DNA of 64,000 nt from Candidatus Xenobia bacterium. Its GTDB lineage: Bacteria > Vulcanimicrobiota > Xenobia > Xenobiales > QWHO01. Location of the stretch: positions 52,224 to 116,223 of the forward strand of contig BTUM01000017.1 of assembly GCA_045863235.1 (NCBI GenBank). The letters run 5' to 3'. Both the position numbers and the translations under genes were made by a program. The notes below the pieces were generated by a model. That model was not told where the DNA came from. It saw only the letters and a program-made list of their open reading frames with translations, and did not search any database. Below, piece after piece: positions 9,195 through 19,507 of this stretch (positions are counted from its first letter, which is position 1; each line of letters opens with the position of its first letter).

Positions 9195-11212
9195 TGCAGC
9201 TTCATGTGCTTCTTCAGCGCTCTTACCACTTCTTTGTGCCCGAACTGCTGGGCCAGTTTGAGGGGGGTGAGACTCTGGTTCTTCTCGACCATGTTCGGAT
9301 CCGAGCCATTGATCAGCAGACACTCGACCAGAGCCACATAGCCTTTGGCTGCTGCCATATGCAGGGGAGTCTGGCCAGAGTTATCGGCCACGCTGGTATG
9401 GGCCCCTTTGGCGATGAGAGCCACAACGGTGTTGAGGTGCCCACCCAGGGCCGCCCAGTGAAGCGGAGTTCGCCCCTTGTCATCCCGGCGGTCGACGTCC
9501 GCTCCGAGTCCCACGAGTTTATCGATCAAGAGTTCGCGATTGCGGCGCGCAGCCCAGTGGAGAGGAGCCTGACCATCGAGTCCAGGGTTGTTCCAATCGG
9601 CCCCGGCCTCGATCAGCTCTTTGATGACTCGCTCAAAGTTCCAGAAGACCGCGACATCCATGGCGGTCATGGTCTTCCCCTGACCGGATCTCCAGTCTGC
9701 TCCAGTCTCCAGCAAGGCTCTCACGAGATCGTCGTGGCCGGCGTAAGCCGCCCACTGAAGCCCGCCCCAGCCCGAGACATCCTTCCAGCGTACCAGGTCT
9801 GGATGCCTGGCAGTCAGCTCACGAAGCTCGGACCGATCGCCACGCAAGCAGATATCCACCAGTTGAACCGCCCGCAGCTCCTCGGAGAGCTCTTCGCCAT
9901 GAGCTCGAGCCACCAGGCCCCGCAGACCCTCCATGGTCTTGTCCAGAATGCCCCGCTCGTTGCCGATCTCGCTCTGAACCAGCCGCAATACTTTGCCATA
10001 CAGTGGTTCCGCCTCGGCGACCTTGTTCTGTCCCAGGCGCACCTCGGCCAGGTCGAGACAGGTCAGAGCCAGACGGATTGGCTCAGGGCGCTCTTCCGAC
10101 TCGACCTGGTCCAGGATGCGCTTGAAGATATTCTCGGCATCGAAATACTTGCGGAGCTTTCGATAGGCGTTGGCCAGGGTTGCAAGAGTCTGGGAAACCT
10201 CCGGATGCTTGCCACCCAGCAGCTTCTCCTGAATGGTCAGAGCTCGGCGAGCCAGGTCGAGAGCTTCCTGGTCCTTCCCCGCCAGAAGGTTCAAATAGGC
10301 AAGCAGATTGATGGCCTGGGCCGACTCGGCGCTGCTGGCCCCGAAGCTCTTCTCTCGGATGGCCAGGACGCGCTTGACCACCGGGATGCCTGCCTCGAAG
10401 TTCTCCTCAGCACTGTAACAGGTGGCCAGATCGAACAACAATCGGCCCAAAATGGGATGGCCAGTGCCCAGAGTCTGCTCGTAGATCGGCATCACCTGGA
10501 GATAGAGCGCCTCGGCTTTGACGAATTGACGTTGCAGGCGGTAGAAATTCGCAAGCGAGTGGATCAGTGCCACCGCCACCGTACTGCGGGACCCGGCTTG
10601 CCGCTCGACGGTCTCAACCGCCTCCCGAAGACTCCCTTCGGTCCCCTCGGGCTCGCCCTTCTCGTAGGCCTCGGCAGCCTGGTCGGCCAACGTCCGCGCT
10701 TTCAACTCAACGCTGACGTCGTGGAGATCCTGGAGCGCCTTGTAGAGAATGAAGAGCACGCAAAGCCCGAACCCGGCCCCGGCCCCAACGAGAAAATACA
10801 CGAGGGGGGCGCCAGCGACATACTCGAGAAACAGGGCTGAGCTGCAACCGGGAATCACCGCCCCCAGGATGGTGATCAGGAATTGACGAGCCAGGGAACG
10901 GGAAAACATCCCTCGCGAGAGCGAGTTGGCCATCGCTCCGAACGCCCCGGTGGCAAGAATCAGGGCAGTCAGAAAGCCAACCCCCCAGAACAGGCCCTTG
11001 GTGCGGGCCAGGCCGATCGCACCAGCAATGGCCCCCCCCAACATGGCCAGCAAAGTGGCCAGAAGCAAGTAACCGAGGACCGTCTTCGCGCTCCATTCCG
11101 ACATTCGGCGCGGCGTGTCCCTCAACGGCTGCAGGAAGTCGGCTGCCCCGGCGCTCAACCCTGCTCTATCCTTCCAGCAAGCAACATGCTCTAAATTGAA
11201 TTTTTTCGACAC
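9191..11212 (-). CDS. Membrane protein with TPR and ankyrin repeats
   Basis: Four TM helices, kinesin-light-chain-type TPRs (A..L...AL.I.EK..G..HP), then ankyrins (G.TPLHWAA). Confidence 0.88.
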   Translation of the reverse strand: MSKKFNLEHVACWKDRAGLSAGAADFLQPLRDTPRRMSEWSAKTVLGYLLLATLLAMLGGAIAGAIGLARTKGLFWGVGFLTALILATGAFGAMANSLSRGMFSRSLARQFLITILGAVIPGCSSALFLEYVAGAPLVYFLVGAGAGFGLCVLFILYKALQDLHDVSVELKARTLADQAAEAYEKGEPEGTEGSLREAVETVERQAGSRSTVAVALIHSLANFYRLQRQFVKAEALYLQVMPIYEQTLGTGHPILGRLLFDLATCYSAEENFEAGIPVVKRVLAIREKSFGASSAESAQAINLLAYLNLLAGKDQEALDLARRALTIQEKLLGGKHPEVSQTLATLANAYRKLRKYFDAENIFKRILDQVESEERPEPIRLALTCLDLAEVRLGQNKVAEAEPLYGKVLRLVQSEIGNERGILDKTMEGLRGLVARAHGEELSEELRAVQLVDICLRGDRSELRELTARHPDLVRWKDVSGWGGLQWAAYAGHDDLVRALLETGADWRSGQGKTMTAMDVAVFWNFERVIKELIEAGADWNNPGLDGQAPLHWAARRNRELLIDKLVGLGADVDRRDDKGRTPLHWAALGGHLNTVVALIAKGAHTSVADNSGQTPLHMAAAKGYVALVECLLINGSDPNMVEKNQSLTPLKLAQQFGHKEVVRALKKHMKLQ

Positions 11213-11282
11213 TCAAGCGAGAAGGCCTTTTCATCTACCCAGCCCAGAAGGTTGGCGGCTCTCCGACCTGAAACTCGCTTCC

Positions 11283-12320
11283 ATGGGGAAGTATGCCAGC
11301 TGGCTGGAAAAAGTTCCTGACGGCAACTCCGGCGCCAGAGTTCGCGACTTGTCCGACCAGCGCCTTGGGCAGGTCAACTCGCGTCAGCTCGACTGGCTGG
11401 AAGACAACGTCGATCTGACCGCTCCTGAGCTCGACCAGCTCAGCCCGGATCGGCTCCTGGAGCGCTTCGGTCAAACCCCGCGCCGGCGCAAAGCGGAAAA
11501 TCCCGAGTGGGACGTCAATGACGCCCGTTTGATGCGCACTCTGGTCTGGCAATTCCACCTGCAACTCCGTGCCGGCCAAACTCGACCCGTGCGCGGCACT
11601 CTGCGAGGCTTCTGGCTGATCAGAGTCCGGCCACTGTGGCAATCCCTTGGCCTGCTCAAGCCGGGCGAAGGCTATGAGGGGGACACCGAGCGCTCTCGCT
11701 ATCTGATCCGCGTCCTCGATGAGGCCTTCGACGCCTTTGTCCTGGAAGGAATCTTTCGCTATCAAGACCTGGAAGTCTACGATACCCGCGAACGTTTCAG
11801 GCTGATTGGCCGGGAGTTGCCTCGCCTGATTTTCTATACCGACCGAGAGGAGTTGTTCTGGCTTTGCCGTGAGTTCAGCGAGCGTTTCCAGGTCAGCGCC
11901 TTCTGCTCGGCCGGCCCGCCGAGTCTGGTCAGTTGCGAGTGGATCACTCGCGACCTCCTGCGTCGCCAGGCTCGCAATCTTCGCATCGCGGCCCTTACCG
12001 ACTTCGATCCAACCGGGCGCGAGGACGCTTTGCTCCTCGGTCACAAGCTCTCCGCCACGGTCTTCGGGTTCCAGTCAGTGCAGACCACCGTTCTGACCGA
12101 GCTCAGCCTGTTCTCCGACGAAGTCATCGCCGTGGCTGCCAGGCCCTTGCGCCATGATCGAGGACTGGCAACCTGGCTCTCTCAAGGGGGAGGCATCGGG
12201 GGCGAAGGGCTGGGTCTGCCCATTGCACTGGCCGACCCTGAACGAATTCTAGCCCGATTCCGAAGCTGGTATGAAAACCAGACCCGACCTTCGCGAACTC
12301 AGAAGAGCTCGAGCTGCTGA
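11283..12320 (+). CDS. TOPRIM-domain protein (Top6A/Spo11/JetD-like), stand-alone
   Basis: LIFYTDRE...SAGPPS...IAALTDFDPTG pattern of Top6A-type TOPRIM; start ATG 11283. Confidence 0.6.
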   Translation: MGKYASWLEKVPDGNSGARVRDLSDQRLGQVNSRQLDWLEDNVDLTAPELDQLSPDRLLERFGQTPRRRKAENPEWDVNDARLMRTLVWQFHLQLRAGQTRPVRGTLRGFWLIRVRPLWQSLGLLKPGEGYEGDTERSRYLIRVLDEAFDAFVLEGIFRYQDLEVYDTRERFRLIGRELPRLIFYTDREELFWLCREFSERFQVSAFCSAGPPSLVSCEWITRDLLRRQARNLRIAALTDFDPTGREDALLLGHKLSATVFGFQSVQTTVLTELSLFSDEVIAVAARPLRHDRGLATWLSQGGGIGGEGLGLPIALADPERILARFRSWYENQTRPSRTQKSSSC

Positions 12321-13345
12321 GGCTGGCGCTCGGCCTGCGGATTTCGAAAGGCGGCGACCGACAGCTCTTCGACGGGCTCAAAACCGTTGCGATCTCGAGC
12401 GATCTCGAACAACCTGAGCATCTGGTCGGCAAAGGGCCCCTGGCCACGAAAGCGGCTGCCAAAATTGGGATCGTTCAGCTTGCCTCCTCGCATGGAGCGC
12501 ACCCGGTTGAGCACTTTCTCCCTTCGGTGAGGGTAGTGCTCTGCGAGCCAGGCTGAGAAGAGCTCACTCACACCGTGAGGAAGCCGCAAGGGAATGTAGC
12601 CTGCAAAGCGCGCCCCGCTCTGGCGCGCGCTGGAGAGAATGGCACTCAACTCGTGATCGTTGAGGCCAGGAATCATGGGGGCAGCCATGACTCCAACCGG
12701 CACGCCCGCCCCGGCCAACTTCTCGATGGCCGCGAGGCGCCTGCGAGGCTGGGAGGCACGGGGCTCGAGCTTTCGCGACAGCTCGAGGTCGAGACTGGTT
12801 ATGGAAAGCGTCACGCGACAAGCCTGGAAGCGAGACAGCTCGGCCAGCAAATCAAGGTCGCGCGTGACCAGGTGGTTCTTGGTGATGAGCAACACGGGAT
12901 TGCGGAAGTCGAGCAGCACCTCCAGGCAGCGTCGGGTCAGTTCGAGCCCTCGTTCCGCTGGCTGGTAGGGATCGGTAACACCGCTCAGGGCGATCGGCTG
13001 GGGCCTGTAACCGGGCTGCGCAAGCTCGCGGCGCAGCAGGTCGGGCGCATCCTCTTTGACCAGGATACGTGTCTCAAAGTCGAGCCCTGCCGAGAATCCC
13101 AGATACTCGTGCGTGGGACGAGCATAGCAGTAAGCACAACCGTGCTCGCATCCTCGATAGGGATTGAGACTGCGGTCGAAGGGCACGTCGGGGCTCTCGT
13201 TGGATGACAGCACTGTACGGCTGGCGTCACGCAAGAACAGAGTCTTGGGGTCAGGGCGCTCGGCCGGATCGAGCTCGGGGTCGGCGATCAGTTCGATGCG
13301 CTCGAAACGGTTGGCAGGATTAAGGCTCGCCCCTCGGCCATGCAT
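12299..13345 (-). CDS. PA0069/Rv2578c-family radical SAM protein (SplB-like)
   Basis: NPYRGCEHGCAYCYARPTHEYLG; TDPYQPAER; GRGA..NP..RFE N-terminus. Confidence 0.92.
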   Translation of the reverse strand: MHGRGASLNPANRFERIELIADPELDPAERPDPKTLFLRDASRTVLSSNESPDVPFDRSLNPYRGCEHGCAYCYARPTHEYLGFSAGLDFETRILVKEDAPDLLRRELAQPGYRPQPIALSGVTDPYQPAERGLELTRRCLEVLLDFRNPVLLITKNHLVTRDLDLLAELSRFQACRVTLSITSLDLELSRKLEPRASQPRRRLAAIEKLAGAGVPVGVMAAPMIPGLNDHELSAILSSARQSGARFAGYIPLRLPHGVSELFSAWLAEHYPHRREKVLNRVRSMRGGKLNDPNFGSRFRGQGPFADQMLRLFEIARDRNGFEPVEELSVAAFRNPQAERQPQQLELF

Positions 13346-13401
13346 TGAGAGAACTTCGACTTCGAAGGAAGGCGTGCCTCTTCTGGCAAAGCTCTTCGCC
13401 C

Positions 13402-14163
13402 GTGAGTGATCGAGAAAGCAACCTGGCCGTCTTCATTGACTTCGAGAATTTGGCCATCGGCATCAAGAGTGCCCACTACGAGAAGTTCGACATCAACCTG
13501 TTCCTCAAACGCCTGCTAGAGAAGGGTAGAGTGCTGTTCAAGCGGGCTTACGCCGACTGGTCGCGCTACCACGACTACAAGCGGCCGATGCACGAAGCGG
13601 CGGTAGAGTTGATGGACATCCCCCAGCGAGGCATCTCGGGCAAGAACAACGCTGACATTCGCATGGTCGTGGATGCGCTGGATGTCTGCTACGCTCGCAG
13701 CCACATCGATGTCTTCGTCATCGCCTCCGGCGACAGCGATTTCTCCCCGCTGGTCTCAAAGCTTCGCGAGAACGGCAAGCAGGTTCTGGGCATGGGAGTC
13801 AAGGACTCTACCAGCAATCTCTTGATCGACAACTGCGACGAATTCATCTTCTATGAAGACCTGATCCGCGGCAACAAGCGCGTCTCGTCGCGCCTGGAAG
13901 GGCTGCCCGCCAAGAAGCAGGAGGTGTTCGGCCTGATGGTGGACGCCATTCTCGCTCTGGAACGAGAGAGCCGCGAGATCCTTTGGGGTTCGATGGTCAA
14001 GCAGACCATGCAGCGCCTCAAACCAACTTTCAACGAAGACTACTATGGGTATCGCACCTTCTCCGACCTACTGGAAGACGCAGCCCGCAAGGGTCTAGTT
14101 GACATCGAGCGGGATGATCGCAGCGGCTCCTACATCGTGCTCGACCTGCTGGCGGTCGAGTAA
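13402..14163 (+). CDS. NYN (LabA/DUF88) PIN-fold protein with C-terminal OST-HTH
   Basis: LAVFIDFEN, GKNNADIRMVVDA, SGDSDFSPL, F.E.YYGYRTFS.LL. GTG start 13402. Confidence 0.92.
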   Translation: MSDRESNLAVFIDFENLAIGIKSAHYEKFDINLFLKRLLEKGRVLFKRAYADWSRYHDYKRPMHEAAVELMDIPQRGISGKNNADIRMVVDALDVCYARSHIDVFVIASGDSDFSPLVSKLRENGKQVLGMGVKDSTSNLLIDNCDEFIFYEDLIRGNKRVSSRLEGLPAKKQEVFGLMVDAILALERESREILWGSMVKQTMQRLKPTFNEDYYGYRTFSDLLEDAARKGLVDIERDDRSGSYIVLDLLAVE

Positions 14164-14169
14164 GGGGTT

Positions 14170-14955
14170 GTGAGACCCTGGCTGGCCACGCCCCTGCTGG
14201 TGGCAACGGTGGTACTGGCCTGCCAGCCAGCCGCGGCCCCTGCCAGCCCGCCGATCCGACTCGGTTACAAAGTGGTGGCCGAGTACCCCCATGATCCCGG
14301 GGCCTACACCCAGGGCCTCACCTTCGATGAGGGCCGATTGTACGAGAGCGTGGGGCAGTACGGCAAGTCGGGCCTGCGCGAGGTGGATCTCGAAACCGGA
14401 AAACTCAAGCGCAACCACCTGCTTCCGGCCGAACTGTTCGGCGAAGGCCTGGCCATCATCGGCTCGCGCATCTTTCAGCTCACCTGGCGCGAGGGAATGG
14501 GTCTGGTTTATGACAAGGAGCGGTTTCAGGTGACCGGCTCGTTTCAGTACTCGGGGGAAGGCTGGGGCCTCACCAGCGAGGGACAGCGTCTGTTGATGAG
14601 CGATGGAAGCTCTCAACTGCGCTGGCTGGATGCCCAGACTCTCCGGGAGGTGGGTCGGCTCCAGGTCACCGACCAGGGACGGCCGCTGGAGCGACTCAAT
14701 GAGTTAGAGTTCGTCCAGGGTCAGGTGCTGGCCAATGTCTATATGACTGACTTCATCGCTCGAATCGACCCGGCCAGCGGTCGCGTGACCGGCTGGCTCG
14801 ACCTCACCGGCCTGCTCAAACGAGACCAGCTCGAGCCAGGCTCTCAGGCGGAGGTACTCAACGGCATCGCTTATGAGCCTGCCTCAAAGCGGCTGTTCGT
14901 CACGGGAAAGTACTGGCCAAAACTCTTTGAGATCGAGGTTACAGCGAAGCCTTGA
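14170..14955 (+). CDS. Glutaminyl-peptide cyclotransferase (lipoprotein)
   Basis: YPHD..AYTQGL, FGEGL, QLTW, GEGWGLT, MSDGS, LNELE, VLNGIAY, TGKYWP; lipobox LA-C. Confidence 0.93.
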   Translation: MRPWLATPLLVATVVLACQPAAAPASPPIRLGYKVVAEYPHDPGAYTQGLTFDEGRLYESVGQYGKSGLREVDLETGKLKRNHLLPAELFGEGLAIIGSRIFQLTWREGMGLVYDKERFQVTGSFQYSGEGWGLTSEGQRLLMSDGSSQLRWLDAQTLREVGRLQVTDQGRPLERLNELEFVQGQVLANVYMTDFIARIDPASGRVTGWLDLTGLLKRDQLEPGSQAEVLNGIAYEPASKRLFVTGKYWPKLFEIEVTAKP

Positions 14956-15010
14956 CGAATGATAGTACCATTGTACCAGCCATCTTGATCTGAGGAGAGC
15001 AAACGAGACT

Positions 15011-15304
15011 TTGGACGAATCCAAAAAGGGCGCCTACGACAACGTCTACATGCAAGAGATGCTGGACGCCGTTTCCAAGCAAGAAGGGCACCGCGACAAG
15101 GGTCTCAAGCAGATCTCCAAAATCGGGCAAAAGAACAAGGGCGCCAGTATGATGCTGCGCATCGTCCTCATCTTGACTTTCCTGGGCCTCCTCGCCGGCG
15201 GGGTCTGGCTGGCCGCCGCCGAGCCTCAGTATACCTATGTCATCGGGGGCTTCCTGGCGATGTTCGCCCTGTTCGGGTTCATCGTAGGCTTCTTGCGCCA
15301 TTAG
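15011..15304 (+). CDS. Small two-TM hypothetical protein
   Basis: GAGGAG upstream; two hydrophobic helices at the C-terminus. Confidence 0.65.
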   Translation: MDESKKGAYDNVYMQEMLDAVSKQEGHRDKGLKQISKIGQKNKGASMMLRIVLILTFLGLLAGGVWLAAAEPQYTYVIGGFLAMFALFGFIVGFLRH

Positions 15305-15356
15305 CAGAGTGAGGAACTGGGGCGCCCGTTCCTGCATACTGTGAGCAGGTCTACTC

Positions 15357-16769
15357 TCAGAGCGGAAATTCGCTCATCTCGGTATAAGTGGCGGGAGCCG
15401 GGGCGGGAGCCTCGTAGTCCTGACGCTGCTCCAGGTTTCTGAAGCTGGCGAAGCGCTTCACGAACGACAGCTCGACGCTATCAACCGGTCCGTTGCGCTG
15501 CTTGGCCAGGATGACTTCGGCGATGTTGGTCTTCTCGCTGTGGGGATTGTAGTATTCGTCGCGATAGATGAAGGCCACCACGTCAGCGTCCTGTTCGATG
15601 GCACCCGATTCGCGCAGGTCCGAAAGGCTGGGACGTTTGTCCTGGCGCGACTCGACTCCGCGGCCGACCTGCGAGAGAGCCATCACCGGCACGCGCAATT
15701 CTTTAGCCAGTCCCTTGAGATTCCGGGAGATGTCCGAGATCTCCTGAACGCGGTTCTCGATCTTGCCTGACCCACGCATCAGCTGCAGGTAGTCGATGAT
15801 GATCAGGTCGAGCCCGTGACGCTTTTGCAGGCGCCGGCATTTGGCCTTCATTTCCAACACGGTGATGCCCGAAGTGTCATCGATGAACAGCGGAGCTTCA
15901 GCAAGCTGGTTCATGGCCCGGGTAATGCGCTGCCAATCCTGGTCCTTGAGGCTGCCTCGACGCACGTCCTGGGCATCCACCGAGGCCGTTGAGCAGAGCA
16001 CGCGGGAAACCAGCTCTTCTTTGGACATCTCCAGCGAGAACACGGCCGCTACCCCGGGTTTCTCGCGGTTGAGCACGACATTCTGAGCGATGGAGAGACA
16101 GAACGCCGTCTTGCCCATGGCCGGGCGGGCGGCGATCACGATAAAGTTGCCCGGGTGGAGCCCGGCAGTCAGGTGGTCGAGCTCGTGGAAACCGGTAGGC
16201 AAGCCCGTGACCGGTCGGCGATTCTTGAAGCGCTCGTAGATCTGGTCAAACGTGTGTTGCAGCGTGGGCTTGATCTGAACCAGATCCTGACGGCTGCGCT
16301 TGTCGGCCACGGCAAAGACGATCTCCTCGGCGCGGTCGACCTTGTGGGCGACCTCCACCTCGCCGTCCATGGCCAGCCGGGCGATGGCCGTGCCCGCAAG
16401 TTGCAGCCGCCGCTCGGTGGCCCGCTCAGCCACGATGCGAGCATAGCTGGCCACGTGGGCCGAGGTCTGCACCATCGAGGTGATCATGTCAAGGTAGGCG
16501 GCTCCGCCCGCCATTTCGAGCTTGTCGCGACTGCGAAGCTCGTTGATCACGGTAATCAGGTCGACATTGTGATTCTTCTCGGCCAGGCTCTGGATGGCCA
16601 GCCAGATCTCCTGGTGAGACTCACGGTAGAAGTCGTCCGAGGCAGCCAGGATCTCGGCAACCTTGTCGACCGCCTCGGGATCGAGCAGGCAGGCCCCCAG
16701 ACAGGCCTGCTCGGCTTCGATATTGTGGGCCGGAACGTGAAGAGAGAGCTCGGGTGCCGCAGCCTGCAA
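15357..16769 (-). CDS. dnaB: Replicative DNA helicase
   Basis: HNIEAEQ, AARPAMGKT, FSLEMS, IIDYLQLM, DLRESGAIEQDAD, KQRNGP; no intein. Confidence 0.98.
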   Translation of the reverse strand: MQAAAPELSLHVPAHNIEAEQACLGACLLDPEAVDKVAEILAASDDFYRESHQEIWLAIQSLAEKNHNVDLITVINELRSRDKLEMAGGAAYLDMITSMVQTSAHVASYARIVAERATERRLQLAGTAIARLAMDGEVEVAHKVDRAEEIVFAVADKRSRQDLVQIKPTLQHTFDQIYERFKNRRPVTGLPTGFHELDHLTAGLHPGNFIVIAARPAMGKTAFCLSIAQNVVLNREKPGVAAVFSLEMSKEELVSRVLCSTASVDAQDVRRGSLKDQDWQRITRAMNQLAEAPLFIDDTSGITVLEMKAKCRRLQKRHGLDLIIIDYLQLMRGSGKIENRVQEISDISRNLKGLAKELRVPVMALSQVGRGVESRQDKRPSLSDLRESGAIEQDADVVAFIYRDEYYNPHSEKTNIAEVILAKQRNGPVDSVELSFVKRFASFRNLEQRQDYEAPAPAPATYTEMSEFPL

Positions 16770-16804
16770 CTAATGTCCTCTCCCTCTGATCGTGCCTGCA
16801 CTCC

Positions 16805-16960
16805 CGCGCGTTGACCGGTTCAGAATGAGAACGCGCGAAAATCTGTTGAACGGCGCCGCGCCAGTACCTGAAATGCTCAACGCGCGGCGCCTTATGCTCA
16901 CAAGCTGACGAACGCGCCGGAACTGCCTTTCAGCGCCTTGCGAAGTGCAACGCACTTTAG
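16805..16960. repeat. Repeat family A (modular REP/BIME-like) copy
   Basis: 16805-16894 closely matches 63021-63119; 16914-16936 matches the module at 35542-35564. Confidence 0.85.
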
Positions 16961-18894
16961 CCCGCCCCCGGGCGATACGGCCCTGGCTCGGGGCTGACCG
17001 CGGCCAGCGGGCGCGCCCACGGACGCTCGGGCCAGAGAAACTCGAGCGCTTCGAGCACGGTGGAGACAGCCACCACCTCAAGGTTCTCGCGCTGGCTGGG
17101 AACGTCGTGGAGATTGGCCTCGGGCAGAATGACTGCCTTCATGCCCGACTGGATCGCACCGTAGATTTTCTCGGGGATACCCCCCACCGCCTTGACCTTG
17201 CCTTGAATGCTGACCTCCCCCGTCATGGCGACATTCTGAGGCATCGGCAGGCCCTCGATGGCGCTGACCAGAGCCAGCACCACCGCCAGACCGGCAGAGG
17301 GACCGTCTACGTTGCCGCCGCCCACCACGTTGACGTGAATGTCGTAGTCGGTCAGGTCTTTGTCGAGCAAGCGGCGAATCACGCTGCCGGCATTGAAAAC
17401 CGAGTCGCGCGCCATTTGGCCGGCGGCTTCGTTGAAACGATGGCTTCCCCGACCGCTCTCGCGGGCCGGGTAAGCAGCTGCCTCGATCTCCATGCACGAG
17501 CCGAGAAAACCCGCCACACCCAGGCCCAGTGTACAACCGACCTCGGGCACGTCGCTGGCTTTGACAGTGACAGCTTTACTGAGCCTGTTGGTGCGGGCTA
17601 CGGCATAGACGTCCTCGGGGGTGACGACCGGTCTGCCACGTTTCTTGGTATCACGGCGCATGAAAGCGTGGCCGTAAGCATCGGCCAGGATCTGAGCAGC
17701 TTTGCGACCTTCCACCGTATAGTGGCTGATGATCGAGGCGGTATCTCCCTTGAGCACGACACCCAATCGCTCGGCGGCCGATTCCACGATCTGCTGGATC
17801 TGGACCGTCGAAAGCGGCTCAAAGAACACCTCGGCGCAGCGCGAGCGGATGGCCGGGGCGATCTCCTCGGGGTCGCGTGTCGTCGCCCCGATCAAGATGA
17901 AGTCAGCTGGCGCGCCCTGAGTGAACAGGCGCTTGATGTACTGGGGCACGCGGGGATCTTCGTCGTCGTAGTAGGATGACTCGAACACGATGCGCTTGTC
18001 TTCCAGCACTTTCAGCAGCTTGTTTTGAAGAATCGGGTCCAATTCACCTATCTCATCGAGGAAGAGCACCCCGCCGTGGGCCCGGGTGACCAGGCCCAAC
18101 TTGGGCTCTGGAATGCCCTCCTCGGCCAGGTCACGCCGCGACCCCTGGTAGATCGGGTCGTGCACCGAGCCGAGCAGAGGATTGGTGATCTCGCGGGGGT
18201 CCCAGCGCAAAATGGTAGCGTCCACCTCCACGAAGGGAGCATCCGCCTTGAATGGGGTGCTGACGAACTGCTTGACCCTTTCGAGCACCAACCGGGCCAC
18301 CGTGGTCTTGCCCACGCCGGGCGGGCCGTAGAGCAGGACGTGCTGCGGATAGGGGGTGCCGATCTTGGCGATCAGGGAGGCCACAGCATCCTGCTGCCCG
18401 ACCACCTGCGAAAGGTCGGTGGGACGCATGACAGCAAGCGCCGACGCGTCCAGGCCCTTGCCCTCGAGCTCTTCCAGGTCAGCCAGACGCTTGAGGGTGG
18501 TGGAGTTCTCCGGGCCATCCTCTTCTTTGAGGGCTTCCTTGCGCAATTCGCGCATGTAGTCGAGGTGGCGCTCCTGCATCTTGTGGGCGATCTTCCGGTC
18601 GAGGCTCTCCTCGACGGTGCGCATGGCCACCAGGTTGGCGATCTCTTCCTCCAGACCGTTGAGAACAGTGCGGAAGTTTCGCGGGACCGGAAGCTCGCTC
18701 AGGGTTGGATCCTCCAGGACCAGACGCTGCAGGGCGAGCAGCCGCTCGGGAGCCTGGCTCGAGCGCATCAGCTTGAGTGCGTCAAGCTTTCCAGCCTTCA
18801 AGACCAGCTTGTCAGGTCCGTAGAGATTCGACAGAAAGTCGAACAGGATGTTGATCTTACGGTCGACTTCGCCGCCCACGCGCTTCTCAGCCAT
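16957..18894 (-). CDS. lonC: Lon-family ATP-dependent protease (LonC/LonB type)
   Basis: GPPGVGKTT, NPLLGSVHDPIYQG, LFLDEIGE, DGPSAG catalytic Ser, GGIPEK; sits between rplI and dnaB as in Clostridia. Confidence 0.9.
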   Translation of the reverse strand: MAEKRVGGEVDRKINILFDFLSNLYGPDKLVLKAGKLDALKLMRSSQAPERLLALQRLVLEDPTLSELPVPRNFRTVLNGLEEEIANLVAMRTVEESLDRKIAHKMQERHLDYMRELRKEALKEEDGPENSTTLKRLADLEELEGKGLDASALAVMRPTDLSQVVGQQDAVASLIAKIGTPYPQHVLLYGPPGVGKTTVARLVLERVKQFVSTPFKADAPFVEVDATILRWDPREITNPLLGSVHDPIYQGSRRDLAEEGIPEPKLGLVTRAHGGVLFLDEIGELDPILQNKLLKVLEDKRIVFESSYYDDEDPRVPQYIKRLFTQGAPADFILIGATTRDPEEIAPAIRSRCAEVFFEPLSTVQIQQIVESAAERLGVVLKGDTASIISHYTVEGRKAAQILADAYGHAFMRRDTKKRGRPVVTPEDVYAVARTNRLSKAVTVKASDVPEVGCTLGLGVAGFLGSCMEIEAAAYPARESGRGSHRFNEAAGQMARDSVFNAGSVIRRLLDKDLTDYDIHVNVVGGGNVDGPSAGLAVVLALVSAIEGLPMPQNVAMTGEVSIQGKVKAVGGIPEKIYGAIQSGMKAVILPEANLHDVPSQRENLEVVAVSTVLEALEFLWPERPWARPLAAVSPEPGPYRPGAG

Positions 18895-19336
18895 CAGACT
18901 GCACGTCCACTTGAATCTTGGCGCTCACTTTGGGGTGCAGCTTGATCGTTACCGTATAGGTGCCCAGTTTCTTGATGGGGTCGGCCAGTTGCACCTTGCG
19001 CTTGTCAAAGCTCATCCCGGTGGACTTGGAGAGGGCAGTAGCAACGTCCGCAGCGGTCACCGAGCCGAACAGACGGCCCCCCTCGCCCACTTTGACCTTG
19101 ACGGGAAACGGTTTTGCTTTGAGCTGCTCGGCCAGCTCCGCGGCCTTCTCTTGCTCGCGCTGGGCCCGGGCAGCCTGATCAGCCTTCTCTTTGTCGATCA
19201 GGCGCAGATGGCCCTCGGTGGCAGCTTCGGCCAGCTTGCGCGGAAGCAGGAAATTGCGGGCGTAGCCGTCGGCTACTTCGACCACGGCGCCCTTCTTGCC
19301 AAGGTTCTTCACATCCTGAAGCAGGATCATCTTCAC
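18887..19336 (-). CDS. rplI: 50S ribosomal protein L9
   Basis: MKMILLQDVKNLGKKG..VEVADGYARNFLLP; GRLFGSVT. Confidence 0.98.
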   Translation of the reverse strand: MKMILLQDVKNLGKKGAVVEVADGYARNFLLPRKLAEAATEGHLRLIDKEKADQAARAQREQEKAAELAEQLKAKPFPVKVKVGEGGRLFGSVTAADVATALSKSTGMSFDKRKVQLADPIKKLGTYTVTIKLHPKVSAKIQVDVQSDG

Positions 19337-19507
19337 TGCCGTGCATCCTCCGGGGTCGAGAGCTCTCTGTCATGCGCAGAATCGTCGATCGAGCCGCTAG
19401 CTCCTGCAACAGCTGCGGCCACCTTGGAGAAAGCTCCCTCTGACCAGTGGTCCAAGCAGAGGCCGGCCCTCGAAATGAAGGCCGGCCCTGCACGCTTTTC
19501 TCCCGAT

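Noticed and set aside
11283..14163. Wadjet or other defence island (TOPRIM + NYN)
   Set aside because: No SMC/kleisin genes; the genes are on mixed strands, and the NYN and radical SAM families are common housekeeping-type genes.
15357..16769. Intein in DnaB
   Set aside because: Normal 470-aa length with continuous motifs.
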